This document shows positions 1 to 10,154 of a stretch of DNA of 64,000 nt, in pieces. The stretch's first letter is position 1, and the number at the start of each line of letters is the position of its first letter. The position numbers and the translations under genes are program-made. Source of the stretch: a virus; the IMG/VR virus record IMGVR_UViG_3300031087_000014, one strand, 5' to 3'. The notes beneath the pieces were generated by a model. It searched no databases and was not told where the DNA came from. It saw only the letters and a program-made list of their open reading frames with translations.

Positions 1-134
1 ATCGAAGGTTTGATACCCTCAGAGAACTTCTTTAGATCCTCAAGAGATTTCTTGGCAGCGTTGAAAGATCTTTTATCTACTTTGAAATCTACAACGTTTG
101 TTAACTTCTGTGTATTTAACGACGATCCCGCCAT
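1..134 (-). CDS. tape measure protein, N-terminal fragment (runs off window)
   Basis: ATG at 134 with GAGG RBS; frame open to window edge (MAGSSLNTQKLTNVVDFKVDK...); directly downstream of tail chaperone genes. Confidence 0.7.
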   Translation of the reverse strand, partial: MAGSSLNTQKLTNVVDFKVDKRSFNAAKKSLEDLKKFSEGIKPS

Positions 135-171
135 TTTACCTCGCAAAGCCCTTGGCTAGCAAGGGCATAGA

Positions 172-495
172 TTATTTCTTGTTGAACATATCCCATTTAC
201 GACGAGCTTCATCTTTCTGATCGAAGTCCTTTCTGTGCAAGGCACTGATATAATCTTCGTAATCAATGATCTCAGCTTGCTTGAGTAAGTAATCCACATT
301 ATACTTATCGAGCGTGTAGAGGGTTTCTGACGTTTTTGTTGTGATTCTGTAGAGCAGATAATCCCACCAGCGAAAGCTAGTGGTTTCTTCCGCGATGGCA
401 ATAGCCTTAGCTATCGTTGGATTTAGCTGTTGTTCAGCGTCTGCACGGTTTGAAATTGGGTTAACAGTTTTCCGAAACCGCGTTTGAAAAAAGGG
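172..495 (-). CDS. -1 frameshift extension of tail assembly chaperone (gpGT-like C-terminal part)
   Basis: -1 frame open from slippery CCCTTTT (495-489) to TAA at 172-174; no start codon of its own; reads ...QLNPTIAKAIAIAEETTSFRWWDYLL...FNKK. Confidence 0.8.
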   Translation of the reverse strand, partial: PFFQTRFRKTVNPISNRADAEQQLNPTIAKAIAIAEETTSFRWWDYLLYRITTKTSETLYTLDKYNVDYLLKQAEIIDYEDYISALHRKDFDQKDEARRKWDMFNKK

Positions 496-902
496 CCGTA
501 GTTCACCTCAAGAACCTTTGCTGCTAAATCAACTACAAGGTAAGGGTGTAACATAAACAATTCTTCAAATTTTTCTACAACAGAAACGTTGTCTTCTGTG
601 TAGGTTTCGTCTAAGATATCTTTCAACAGGTCAGACAGAACACGTTGCTCTAGTCCCGAGAAAAGCTGAATCAGAGACATTGCAATCTTCTGTTCATAAT
701 CTTCTCCGGCAAGATCCTCGGCTGTACCATACATCACCATAGGAACAGCAAAAATACTGCCGTACTCAGGGATTCGGTCAAAGACTTTAGAAGGTCTCCA
801 GCGAATAATCCTGAAACCTACTTTACGTCCTGAATCTAACTCAAGTTCAATCTTAACCTCTGGTTTCGCGTATTGTGCGATAACATTTTCTTCAACTTGC
901 AT
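423..902 (-). CDS. tail assembly chaperone (gpG-like)
   Basis: 159 aa between tail tube and tape measure; slippery site near 3' end. Confidence 0.75.
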   Translation of the reverse strand: MQVEENVIAQYAKPEVKIELELDSGRKVGFRIIRWRPSKVFDRIPEYGSIFAVPMVMYGTAEDLAGEDYEQKIAMSLIQLFSGLEQRVLSDLLKDILDETYTEDNVSVVEKFEELFMLHPYLVVDLAAKVLEVNYGPFFKRGFGKLLTQFQTVQTLNNS

Positions 903-920
903 ATTTTTCTCTTAGTTAAT

Positions 921-950
921 AAAAAAGGGGTAACACAGATATGTTACCCC
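921..950 (-). terminator. rho-independent terminator after tail tube
   Basis: GGGGTAACA/TGTTACCCC stem followed by T run on minus strand. Confidence 0.7.
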
Positions 951-974
951 AGATGGAAATTAAAGTCAATCTTT

Positions 975-1454
975 TTATGCGATTGTCAGGGCAGTAATTG
1001 AGTTTAGGACACTCAAACCTAGCGTTGCAGTGTTGCGTAGCAGGGAAGCATCTTTCAAACCAATAACCCAATCGTTTGTAGTGATGGTATCACCCATTGT
1101 GTCGTCTGGCTGTGACTGAATCCATCCAATCGTGCTGATGTAGTATCCGCGTGGATCTTCCAGGTAAACAGGGAAGGCAACTTGACGAGTAGAGTACATT
1201 GTCTGTGCGTAAGTAGCTAGTACTTCGTTAGCCTCAGATGTTCTCTGTAGGGAGATAGTCATTGTACCCATACGGTTACGACTCAGAGCAAGTGACACGT
1301 CACCGTCTGTACCGCCATAAGGGTTGATAATGTCGTTAGATTTACTAACTACGATCTTAGTATCAGAGGCAAACCCGTAAGGTTCCCATCCACCAAGTGA
1401 GAGCGTGATGTTAGATGGATCATAGGCCATTACACCAGTTAGCATCTTATCCAT
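975..1454 (-). CDS. tail tube protein
   Basis: 159 aa directly after sheath; YDPSNITLSLGG...GTMTISLQRTS pattern typical of myovirus tube proteins. Confidence 0.8.
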   Translation of the reverse strand: MDKMLTGVMAYDPSNITLSLGGWEPYGFASDTKIVVSKSNDIINPYGGTDGDVSLALSRNRMGTMTISLQRTSEANEVLATYAQTMYSTRQVAFPVYLEDPRGYYISTIGWIQSQPDDTMGDTITTNDWVIGLKDASLLRNTATLGLSVLNSITALTIA

Positions 1455-1491
1455 TTTTATTCCTTTTTAAGGAAGGGCCGAAGCCCTTCAA

Positions 1492-2910
1492 TTATGATGA
1501 TGTTGTGCTTACTGAGCTTGAAGCTGAGCTTGTGGTTCCAGTTCTGTTGGTCAGAACGTTCACCTGCACTTTCACGTAGTGGAAGAATCCAGCGTATACA
1601 TACTCAACAATCATACCGTCTACTAGACGTTGGTTAATTTGAGCAGTAGTCATATCCGCACGAGATGGAATGTAAACTGTTGGTTTCAGGCTGACATACA
1701 TTCCTGTATCGCTTGAGGTAACAACTTCGTTTGCAATCGTACCGTTCAAAATACCGACTTGGATCGGGTTAGCTGTTACTGCCTGACGAATCAGAACAAT
1801 ACCAGAACTTGTTGCACGAACACCGCTTCCCAGCATAGACTGTTGCTTGAACAGTGTGAACAGAGATTCGTCCAAACGAGCCTTGAACCACAGTGCGTGA
1901 ATGATGTAGTCTGCGTACAGTCCTGACACCATAAAGCCATCGCGGTAGAATAGCAGTCCGTGTTCTTTGCGGTAGATGTTACCGTTGTTAGCAACAATCT
2001 TAGACTCACGATCAGTACTTAGTTTCTCTAGTGTAACACCAACCAGCGTTTTACCGTGGAGAGGAGTTGTCCCTGGAGTTGCAGAACAAATACTACCTAC
2101 GACACCTGCTTCTGGGAAGGTGCTGTCTGCTGTACTAGTCCAAAGAGCAAAGCCAGTGTTGTTGTAACCAGTATCACCTAGAGTGACCAGCAGGTTTCCG
2201 TCAACATCGTCTGCAATGTCTGTGTCTTGGCTTGAGAAGAAGTAAACCTTATCGTGTTCTTCTACCCAACCAGCCAGGGCCAGTACGTCTGCACTTACGT
2301 GAGACTCAGAGAGAACATAGAAGAATGAACTATCTTCATCAGCAACTTTTGTGATATCTTCCAGTACGCTTTGAGCAAACTGAACTTTCTCGACAAAGTT
2401 ATCAGATCCTTCAACCGTTACATTCTGACCATCCACAGGGGAGAACAGAATCTGGTCTGCGGTTCCTTCGACAGTTACTTTAGCACTCCAAGTAGTGTCT
2501 TCTTGAATCAGTTTAGCAATGCCTTCGTTAACTTCCTGTACTGTAGCAGCATCGGTAGCTTTATAACTAAAGGTCTTAGAAGTCTTGCCTTGTTTCAGGG
2601 TGACAGTGTAAACTCCACCATTCTCAAGTTCACCGACTGTGAAATCTGTTGCGGTAATATCACGCTTACCGACAATCACTCTTTCAGGAGCATACAGCCC
2701 ATCGAAAAGTAATTTAGCCATTTTGTAGGCTGCGCTGTTTACAGAGAAACCAGCCGATACCATTGCATCTGTAGACGTGTAGGTGTTAGTAACGTCTGAG
2801 GTAACGTTATGCCCTACAAGAATCAGAGGAATGTCAAACTGAGTTTCGTTAATTGCTGTAGCGCCGTAGTTTAGAGTTACGGTAACTACCTTATCACGAA
2901 AAGTCGCCAT
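1492..2910 (-). CDS. tail sheath protein
   Basis: 472 aa; sheath-like motifs (YKMAKLLFDG..PERVIVG; HGKTLVGV; YADYIIHALWFKARL); position in tail module. Confidence 0.85.
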   Translation of the reverse strand: MATFRDKVVTVTLNYGATAINETQFDIPLILVGHNVTSDVTNTYTSTDAMVSAGFSVNSAAYKMAKLLFDGLYAPERVIVGKRDITATDFTVGELENGGVYTVTLKQGKTSKTFSYKATDAATVQEVNEGIAKLIQEDTTWSAKVTVEGTADQILFSPVDGQNVTVEGSDNFVEKVQFAQSVLEDITKVADEDSSFFYVLSESHVSADVLALAGWVEEHDKVYFFSSQDTDIADDVDGNLLVTLGDTGYNNTGFALWTSTADSTFPEAGVVGSICSATPGTTPLHGKTLVGVTLEKLSTDRESKIVANNGNIYRKEHGLLFYRDGFMVSGLYADYIIHALWFKARLDESLFTLFKQQSMLGSGVRATSSGIVLIRQAVTANPIQVGILNGTIANEVVTSSDTGMYVSLKPTVYIPSRADMTTAQINQRLVDGMIVEYVYAGFFHYVKVQVNVLTNRTGTTSSASSSVSTTSS

Positions 2911-2954
2911 TTGTGCTCCTGATTAGGTTTATAGCTATATCCATAAGGATTGGG

Positions 2955-3530
2955 TTAGGTTACATATACAAAGGTATGATCGTTATATTCCAGAGGATCT
3001 GGATCGGCATACGTTCCGTTGTAACTGTGAATTGAGTATCTAACTTGCTCAATTGGTGTAGTTGGAATATCTTCTAGCAGCATACGTGTGTTGAAAGTAA
3101 AGATAGCCCTGGCTCTTAGCTGGGTTTTATCTCCGTCCAAAATAGTATTCGCTTGAGATGCATCCGATGAAGATAGGTAAGAAACACCCTTGGAATACAT
3201 AGTCTGATATTTAAGTTCATCTAAGCTATTAAATGCTGAGATCAAATAAGACATAGCTGCCATTGGTCTTCCACGATATACCATAATCTCTATCGTGTAG
3301 TTGTTGTCAGTGAAGTAAGAGAACATATCGTTTTCGAGTTTGCTTCTCTGGCCCCACCCTCCTGAGTTATCGGATGTGATTACTCGGAGTGTTACATAAG
3401 GTTTCTCCGGTGCAATGAAAGGTTTATCCTTCAAGTACACTGGCAATCCCAGCACGGTCTTTACAAAAGTACCGATACTGTTTAGAATGTGATCTTCGTA
3501 AGCTTCAATCTGCTGCATAATATCAGCCAA
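2955..3530 (-). CDS. neck/tail terminator protein
   Basis: 191 aa directly upstream of sheath; APEKPYVTL motif. Confidence 0.6.
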   Translation of the reverse strand: MADIMQQIEAYEDHILNSIGTFVKTVLGLPVYLKDKPFIAPEKPYVTLRVITSDNSGGWGQRSKLENDMFSYFTDNNYTIEIMVYRGRPMAAMSYLISAFNSLDELKYQTMYSKGVSYLSSSDASQANTILDGDKTQLRARAIFTFNTRMLLEDIPTTPIEQVRYSIHSYNGTYADPDPLEYNDHTFVYVT

Positions 3531-3939
3531 AGTTACCTCCCTCTACGTCTTCGTGCCAAGAGTTATCTTGGTCATCGTAGATAGCTACGCATTGCGTATG
3601 TTGTAGGAAAGAAGTTCTAGTCCAATCACTGAGAGCGTAGATTGAATACCACTTACCATCGATGTTGATCTGGTCAGAAAGTTGGTTGCTCCCTTGAATG
3701 AGAGGTCTAATTTCTGTTACAGTCCAGAATGTGTATTGTGCTTTAGAACGATAACCATCCGGTACAGCCTGTAGAGTGAATCCACTGATCGGTTGCAGGG
3801 ATGAAGACTCGATCACAAAATCCTCAGTTAGGATCGTATTATCTTGGTTCGAGAATACAGCATCTGTATTTTCAACGTAAGTCCTACGGCGTCCTGGGTA
3901 TTGAGTCAAGTCAAGAAGTTTAAACTGTGAAAGTAACAT
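3523..3939 (-). CDS. head closure/stopper protein
   Basis: 138 aa; SLQP...VPDG.R...DQINIDGKWY pattern; position. Confidence 0.55.
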   Translation of the reverse strand: MLLSQFKLLDLTQYPGRRRTYVENTDAVFSNQDNTILTEDFVIESSSLQPISGFTLQAVPDGYRSKAQYTFWTVTEIRPLIQGSNQLSDQINIDGKWYSIYALSDWTRTSFLQHTQCVAIYDDQDNSWHEDVEGGNFG

Positions 3940-3983
3940 TTCGTTCTCCTTTCAGTATAACCCACATTTAAAATAAATGCAAG

Positions 3984-4460
3984 TTATTTCTTAGAGATTT
4001 TAGTCTCGATGTTGTTGATCATATAAGATGAATCGATCAGGATAGTTGTGCTATTATTTCCCTTCTCTCTTCTTTTCTCCAGTGTAGTCGGAGACAGAGG
4101 AGTAAATCGTTGCATCTTAATGGCTTGGATAATACTTTCTTTCGAGATCTCTGCAATAGGTTTCATTGCGACAGTGAGACTTGTCCCTTTCAGGTACTTA
4201 TGAATTGCACCTGGCAACTGTTGTTTTAGTTTGTTCTGGGATAAAACAAAACCATCTGTCATAAATGGACGCTCAGGAATGTTTTTAGTCACACTACCAA
4301 ACTGTTGAATATTAGCTAGCTCCACCATATCAATACCTGTTTCAGGATGCTTTTTATGAGTGATGAATCCAGCTTCAACTTCAACACTTTCTAGTTCGAG
4401 ATATCTGGCAAAAATAGAATCAAGGGAACCATCAGTTCCCTTTGTAATAGTAGCTCTCAT
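3984..4460 (-). CDS. neck/tail completion protein
   Basis: ANIQQFG..NIPERPFM and PLSPTTLEKR..G...LIDS motifs; start moved to ATG 4460. Confidence 0.6.
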   Translation of the reverse strand: MRATITKGTDGSLDSIFARYLELESVEVEAGFITHKKHPETGIDMVELANIQQFGSVTKNIPERPFMTDGFVLSQNKLKQQLPGAIHKYLKGTSLTVAMKPIAEISKESIIQAIKMQRFTPLSPTTLEKRREKGNNSTTILIDSSYMINNIETKISKK

Positions 4461-4461
4461 A

Positions 4462-5001
4462 TCAACACCAGTAACCAAACCTGTTAGGCTGATCCCATTT
4501 GATATTTCTAGTCTTTCTATCTACACTGGCAGTGCGTCCTAGTCCATTAACTGAATCGGGATTGCTGTTTACACGATTAATTTCGTTAGCACTTACGCCA
4601 CCTACCAGTACTTTACTTCCTAGTCCGTTTGCAATTGCACAACCAGGGATTTGTAGCGTACCGTTTAGGTAGTTATCATAGATAGATTGCCAAGGAGATG
4701 TATAGCTGCTGCTGCCGTCTCCGTACTGAACTTGTACCTGAACCTGTCCGACTTTCTCCAGCCTTGAGGTTGCTCCTCCTGACTGCTGAGCGTGATTGAT
4801 CAGATCAGAGTTAAGAAGGTATTCTAGCGCAGAGATTAAACTGTTCCATAGAACGATGCACTTATTTTTATCATCATCCCCAAAGATATCAATCCATCCT
4901 TGAATGATAGTGAGTAATACATCGTCAGACAGGACTTCTGGACTAGGGTTGTATGTCAGTAAACGGATAGTCGGTAGAAGCTGAATAGCTTGTAATGCCA
5001 T
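4462..5001 (-). CDS. head-tail adaptor protein
   Basis: 179 aa; EKVGQVQVQVQY motif; position after capsid. Confidence 0.55.
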   Translation of the reverse strand: MALQAIQLLPTIRLLTYNPSPEVLSDDVLLTIIQGWIDIFGDDDKNKCIVLWNSLISALEYLLNSDLINHAQQSGGATSRLEKVGQVQVQVQYGDGSSSYTSPWQSIYDNYLNGTLQIPGCAIANGLGSKVLVGGVSANEINRVNSNPDSVNGLGRTASVDRKTRNIKWDQPNRFGYWC

Positions 5002-5015
5002 AATCCGTTCTCCTA

Positions 5016-5363
5016 TTATTTTTTAGCTCGGGTAGCTCTTTTCTTAGCAGGAGTATCTACAGCCTTAACTGTGATCTTCTCTTGTGCTTCTGATTCTACC
5101 GGAGAATAATCTTCGTAGCTAACAGCAAATACACCAGGCATTTCTAGGCTAGACATTGGAAGAATTTTGATGCCAGTGGCTTCAACGACTTTAACCAAGA
5201 AGATCAGGAATGTTCCACCGAGGTGAATAGATCCGTCTTTGGTATAGAAAGAAAACTCTGGAGCACGAGCCAGTGTAGCTTCTGCGTCAATCTTATCACT
5301 AAGAGTGGCAAAGTCCATCACCATATCGTATGTGCTGTGGTAATGCTTGAGAATGTTATTCAT
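5016..5363 (-). CDS. hypothetical virion-module protein
   Basis: AGGAG RBS before ATG 5363; basic C-terminus. Confidence 0.6.
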   Translation of the reverse strand: MNNILKHYHSTYDMVMDFATLSDKIDAEATLARAPEFSFYTKDGSIHLGGTFLIFLVKVVEATGIKILPMSSLEMPGVFAVSYEDYSPVESEAQEKITVKAVDTPAKKRATRAKK

Positions 5364-5377
5364 TTTATCTCCTAAAT

Positions 5378-5407
5378 AAAAAACCCCCACCCTGTGAAGG
5401 GCAGGGG
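5378..5407 (-). terminator. terminator after major capsid gene
   Basis: CCCCTGCCCT/AGGGTGGGG stem plus T run. Confidence 0.7.
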
Positions 5408-5435
5408 TTGATATTATCCAATCGTTCCGCTACAA

Positions 5436-6452
5436 TTAAGCAGTGGTCAGACGAACAACCAGTTCTGGACGAGTACAAACTGCCAGCATCCCGAATTCGG
5501 ACTGCATTGACATTACACGCCAGTCAGTGTTGATCAGGAACAGGTAGAAATCCTGAGCCAGTTGGTTAGCGTATGCGTAAGCATCTGCTGGTGCGAAGTG
5601 TTCCTGGAACATATTGGAAATGCCCTCTGGGAATACAAACGCTTCGTTTGTTGGAACGTTGTTGTGGATATCTTCGATGTAAGTTACACCTTTGAAGTTC
5701 CAAACACGCGCATCCAGGTTTCCACCGATACGGTCACGAATCGGGTTCGGAGTACCTTGGTAGTAAGTGAATGCAGAGCGAACAAACGGGCTGCTGATGA
5801 TGCGAGAGAAGAACTGACGACCGCACAGGGCGATGATGTTACTTACAGTGCTACCATCTTGCTTGTTGTCGATGATGTAACCACGAGCCTGAGCTTCGAT
5901 AACCTCAGTTGGGTCAATGGTTGTGCTTGTGAAGTCAATAGAGATTGACTCTTGAGCAACACCGAATACATCATACCAGTTGTAGTTCTGGTTCTGGTTC
6001 TGGAAACCGTCTGCATCAGTACCAACGTAAGCACGGCCCATAACTGCATCAGCAAGGATACGTTCTTTGGTGAAGGCTACGTTACGACGAATCTGGTTCA
6101 GATAACGGTTAACAACTGCTTCCTGAGTGGTCAGGCGATCTGCATCTGGGTTCAGGAAGTCAAGGAATGACTGAATATCCTGAGCTTTGATGTTGTGGTC
6201 AAGTGGGAAGAACGGAATGGTTACAGCAACGCCGTTCAGACCAGGAGTGGTCAGCCAGTTACGCTCACCGCCACGAACACGAGCAGGGATCAGTTTGTCA
6301 CTTGAAACGTCACGATCAACGCGAATCTCAGTGGTTGCGTGGTTGTATGACTCGAAGATGCCCAGGCTGCTGATCAGAGTGTTCTGAGTTGGAGCCAGTT
6401 CAATCAGTGGAGTAAAGTCAACCTTGCGGTCAGTTTGAAAATCGAAAGCCAT
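5436..6452 (-). CDS. major capsid protein (lambda gpE-like HK97 fold)
   Basis: 338 aa; phage_cap_E-like motifs (IPFFPLDHNIKAQDIQ; C-terminal LAVCTRPELVVRL); highly biased codons. Confidence 0.9.
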   Translation of the reverse strand: MAFDFQTDRKVDFTPLIELAPTQNTLISSLGIFESYNHATTEIRVDRDVSSDKLIPARVRGGERNWLTTPGLNGVAVTIPFFPLDHNIKAQDIQSFLDFLNPDADRLTTQEAVVNRYLNQIRRNVAFTKERILADAVMGRAYVGTDADGFQNQNQNYNWYDVFGVAQESISIDFTSTTIDPTEVIEAQARGYIIDNKQDGSTVSNIIALCGRQFFSRIISSPFVRSAFTYYQGTPNPIRDRIGGNLDARVWNFKGVTYIEDIHNNVPTNEAFVFPEGISNMFQEHFAPADAYAYANQLAQDFYLFLINTDWRVMSMQSEFGMLAVCTRPELVVRLTTA

Positions 6453-6480
6453 TATTTAGCGTCCTTATTAAAAGTTAAAA

Positions 6481-6873
6481 TTAAGAAGTCACAAGGACTT
6501 TAGCAGTCAGTTTCAGACCGACTTCTTCCAGAGCCGCAACACCAGCATCGTCAATCAGACTTCCGTCAGAATAAACAACTTTGAAGCGGTTCAGAGTCAG
6601 GTCACGCTTAGCGACTACTGCTGTGAAAGTTTCACCAACTGGAACGTCAGCAATGTCAAAGGTAACGTCAGTCCATACCAGTACGGTAGCAGCATCGCCA
6701 GCGGCAGCAGCTTCTACACCAGCAGCGGTCAGGACACTACCAAGTTGCATTGTAGCGGTTTTAACCAGGTTGATTTCACGAACACAATGGCCTAGATCAG
6801 AAGAGAATACGTTTCCAAGTACCAGGTCACTGTAACGACCGAAGCCGCGAGAGTAAGTTTTAAATGTTGCCAT
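6481..6873 (-). CDS. head decoration protein
   Basis: 130 aa directly upstream of capsid gene, in the lambda gpD position. Confidence 0.7.
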   Translation of the reverse strand: MATFKTYSRGFGRYSDLVLGNVFSSDLGHCVREINLVKTATMQLGSVLTAAGVEAAAAGDAATVLVWTDVTFDIADVPVGETFTAVVAKRDLTLNRFKVVYSDGSLIDDAGVAALEEVGLKLTAKVLVTS

Positions 6874-6892
6874 TTAAGAGATTCCTTTTAAA

Positions 6893-8005
6893 TTATTTAG
6901 ATTTACGGGCTTTCATTTCTTGAGCGCGTTTAGCGATCAGGTCACTTGAGCTTTTAACTACAGCAGAAGCATTCTCTACAGAAGCACCTTTCTCAGCGGC
7001 AAATTCAGCTTTGACTGTTGCTACTTCGTCTTTAGCCTTATCAAAAGACTCAACGATTGCATCAGCTACTTCGCTATTTGCTACCAGGTATTTAACCAGA
7101 ACGTCAACTTTTTCTTCTGACACGAAGCCATAAGATTTCAGTACAGTTGCATAGTCTTCTTCGATACGAGCTTGTTCAGCTTTGCGAAGTTCTTCCAGTT
7201 CAGCCTGAGCTTTAGCAATAGCTTCCTGAGCTTCGGCCTGAGCAGCTTCTTTAGCTTCGGCGCTAGCCTTTTCTACAGCTTCTGCAATTTGAGCCTTCAT
7301 CAGATCTTGGAATTCTGCTGATTTCAGAAACTCTTCTTTGTTAAGTTCCAATGGGAGTTCTCCTTTTTGGATTTCGGGTGTGTTTGCAGTTGATCCTGCG
7401 TGAGTTTCCTCTGCATTCACAGAGTTGTCTTCTGGCTTGGCTTTCGCCTTAACCAGTAATTCTTTTACGTGTGAGTGTTTGATTGTGCTCTTAACCAGAT
7501 TAGCTAATGCTTCGTCAATCATATCGTCAAAGTAGTCAATGGAAATAAGTACTGCACCATCTAATACTTGATAATCTGTAACTGGCATTACTGGATTAGC
7601 TGTATCTTCCAACTCAACTGTAAGTCCGTTAATAGTGAATCCAGCAGCGTACAAACCAAAGTCTGTAACGAAGATAACTAGGCTGTTATCAAAATCTGCG
7701 TCCACTACACTCACCCAACTCCAACCGTCCGAATATTTATCGTTGACAGCGGATTGAAGAGAGTCCATAATCTGACTTACATAAGACTTGCGCAGTTCTG
7801 TAACATCTTCACCGAGAGCCTTAAGAGTCTCTAGTTTTTCAAATGACAGTTCAGCGTTAGCCGCGTTATTCTTAAACATCAGAGGATTATTGAATCCTGA
7901 TGCTGCACCGCCTTGTTCGGCAAATGTGTAAGCAATGTGTGCTCCACAAGAAACATCAGACGCTGGTGCGGAGAAGTCAATGTCTTCTAAATATGTGTTA
8001 GCCAT
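6893..8005 (-). CDS. head morphogenesis/scaffold protein
   Basis: Start MANTYLEDIDF at 8005; Ala/Glu/Lys coiled-coil C-terminal half; internal RBS plus TTG at 7351. Confidence 0.7.
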   Translation of the reverse strand: MANTYLEDIDFSAPASDVSCGAHIAYTFAEQGGAASGFNNPLMFKNNAANAELSFEKLETLKALGEDVTELRKSYVSQIMDSLQSAVNDKYSDGWSWVSVVDADFDNSLVIFVTDFGLYAAGFTINGLTVELEDTANPVMPVTDYQVLDGAVLISIDYFDDMIDEALANLVKSTIKHSHVKELLVKAKAKPEDNSVNAEETHAGSTANTPEIQKGELPLELNKEEFLKSAEFQDLMKAQIAEAVEKASAEAKEAAQAEAQEAIAKAQAELEELRKAEQARIEEDYATVLKSYGFVSEEKVDVLVKYLVANSEVADAIVESFDKAKDEVATVKAEFAAEKGASVENASAVVKSSSDLIAKRAQEMKARKSK

Positions 8006-8009
8006 TAAG

Positions 8010-8498
8010 TTATTCCTTTTCGACTGAGCGACCCAGAGCACCAATACTAAGACCTTTCAATACGCCATTTTTTCTTGCTTCAAACAAGTCTCTGTCGTAG
8101 AATTGAATCTTAACTAGGGGCGTTCCTTCGGTTACTAGGTTATCACCAATCATACAATCCACTTCATTAACCCAAGCTTTCACTGGTTTAAATTGCTTCG
8201 TGTTCTTGATGTGTCCTAAGTTACCTTGAACGTTATTGATGTTCTCGTTAAAGTTATCTACCATCTTGCGAATCTCAAGTTCTGACATTCGTTCGCCGTG
8301 CAAATCATCATACTCTGGAGGACAATACATAACCTCAATGGCCTGCATCTTCTCTTCTGCAAATTGCTCAACTTTCAGGATTGGTAAACTTTCTTCTGTC
8401 TTATCGGCAGGGATAGTGCTCTTGTCGATTTCAACTTTAGTGGGAGATTGTTGCAATGCCTTAGACAGTGCGATAAACTCTTCTGGAGATAAGTTCAA
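8010..8498 (-). CDS. prohead protease (XkdF-like serine protease)
   Basis: DDLHGERMS, NLGH and GLSIGA motifs; after portal. Confidence 0.75.
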   Translation of the reverse strand: MNLSPEEFIALSKALQQSPTKVEIDKSTIPADKTEESLPILKVEQFAEEKMQAIEVMYCPPEYDDLHGERMSELEIRKMVDNFNENINNVQGNLGHIKNTKQFKPVKAWVNEVDCMIGDNLVTEGTPLVKIQFYDRDLFEARKNGVLKGLSIGALGRSVEKE

Positions 8499-8536
8499 AA
8501 TGAAGTTCCTTTGAAAACATATATCCTATAAATCTC

Positions 8537-8565
8537 ATTCTATAGGATATACGGTATTTTGTCAA
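8537..8565 (-). promoter_or_regulatory. sigma70-like promoter
   Basis: TTGACA-17-TAGAAT upstream of protease gene. Confidence 0.7.
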
Positions 8566-8594
8566 TAGCTTTTTTAAATATTTATGAAAATATT

Positions 8595-10154
8595 TTAGTT
8601 AGCCGTATTTGCAACTGAATTATCGCGGGTTGCGGCAGTGGTAGAAGTACCGTTGCCTTGTCCGGCGGCGATTCCGTCACCCGATCTTGAGGTAGGATCA
8701 GACATATATGTTTCCACATACTCTTTAAACTTCTCAGGATCTGCTGCTACATCATCAGGAATCCTTTCTTTCATCCCCATCATTGCGAAGAACTCATTGA
8801 TAGTGCCTGGAGTCATTGGCAGACCTTTAACACCTACAATCTTCTGGATCGCAGAAGAGACAGTTTCGATATCAGGATCACCAATATCATCACTACAGAA
8901 TCTTGGCATATCTTCCTGAGACAAATAGATTCCGTTAATTTTCAACATTGTTGGAATAACTTGAGTGTTGATTGCTTCGATGATAGTATCTACATCTCTC
9001 TCAACATAATGAGAAAGAAGGGTTTGTTTGTTGTCAGAAAGAGATAAGCTGCCTCCTTCACCACCACCCATAATAAGAACACCTGCACCGAATCTGTTAA
9101 AGATATCTAGCTGGCGTTGTTTAATCAGGGCTTGTGTATCAAACTGCTTACCACTCCCTTGTACACCTTGGAATACCAAGTCATACTGACGCATTGATGT
9201 GTTCTCATAAATGTCAGAAGGCAACACCATATAAGACTGCTCACCAGCGTGTAGGTTTGCGATGTTTGATTGCAGGACGCGAAGCGACTGAGCTTCTTCC
9301 CCGTTAGGGTTCAGAGATGCACGGTTTAGGATTGCTCCAGGAACCATCAGTACTGGCATACCGCCTAAGTCTTTACTCACACCAACAACTTCATACTCTT
9401 GAATCAGAGTCTTCTCTCTCCAGCTACGGTAAACAGAAGCTAACGGGCTTACACCCAGAGGATTGTTATCAGTGATGTTATTTCCTACGAGAACACACTT
9501 CTGAATTGGAATAGACTTTTTACCAATCAGAGATTGTGGTAATGCTTTACTAAGCATTGATCCGGTGATGTTCTGGTTGACTGAAATGATCTCACGTCCA
9601 TCGTCACTGTAAGTGAATGGAGTGGTCAGGTCAATCGTGTCTTGTGGACGAAAACCTAATTTCTGTAAACGGTATTGACCGAAGTACGGACTTTTGGTAT
9701 CTTCATCTACAGCGAATACTTTCTCAGCAATGGCAAATCCATATTGCTTATATGTAAGGAGTGATCTAACATATTGGCGTAATGGTGCTTCCATATTGCG
9801 AAGAGAGTAATCAATGAATTTAGCTGCTCTTTTAGATTTAGCTGACTTTTGGTTATAGTCAATACGGAAATCAAAGAATGCTCTATCGACAAATGTATAA
9901 ACTGCGTCCAGCGCTGTTGCTACATCTGGATCTTCGCCCATCTCTCTGTATGTGCGAATAGACTCTGGAAACTTAGTCTCGTGATTATGCAGGAATGCAG
10001 TGAAGCTACGAATTGAACTTAGGCCCAACGTACCGATTTCTTGCGAGAGAACTAGATTAGACTCTTCTTTCTGCGGTGCGGGTGCTGCTTTCTGTACCGA
10101 AGTTTTTGAGTTCCAGTAGTCGGACTTTTTGGTATATTGTCTCTTAGCCACCAC
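8595..10154 (-). CDS. portal protein
   Basis: 519 aa after terminase; YREMGEDPDV, YGFAIAEKV and NPLGVSPL motifs (DUF935-like portal). Confidence 0.85.
   Translation of the reverse strand: MVAKRQYTKKSDYWNSKTSVQKAAPAPQKEESNLVLSQEIGTLGLSSIRSFTAFLHNHETKFPESIRTYREMGEDPDVATALDAVYTFVDRAFFDFRIDYNQKSAKSKRAAKFIDYSLRNMEAPLRQYVRSLLTYKQYGFAIAEKVFAVDEDTKSPYFGQYRLQKLGFRPQDTIDLTTPFTYSDDGREIISVNQNITGSMLSKALPQSLIGKKSIPIQKCVLVGNNITDNNPLGVSPLASVYRSWREKTLIQEYEVVGVSKDLGGMPVLMVPGAILNRASLNPNGEEAQSLRVLQSNIANLHAGEQSYMVLPSDIYENTSMRQYDLVFQGVQGSGKQFDTQALIKQRQLDIFNRFGAGVLIMGGGEGGSLSLSDNKQTLLSHYVERDVDTIIEAINTQVIPTMLKINGIYLSQEDMPRFCSDDIGDPDIETVSSAIQKIVGVKGLPMTPGTINEFFAMMGMKERIPDDVAADPEKFKEYVETYMSDPTSRSGDGIAAGQGNGTSTTAATRDNSVANTAN

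Noticed and set aside
156-401. 81-aa ORF from the track
   Set aside because: No RBS; the overlapping -1 frame reached by the slippery site is the protein-like product
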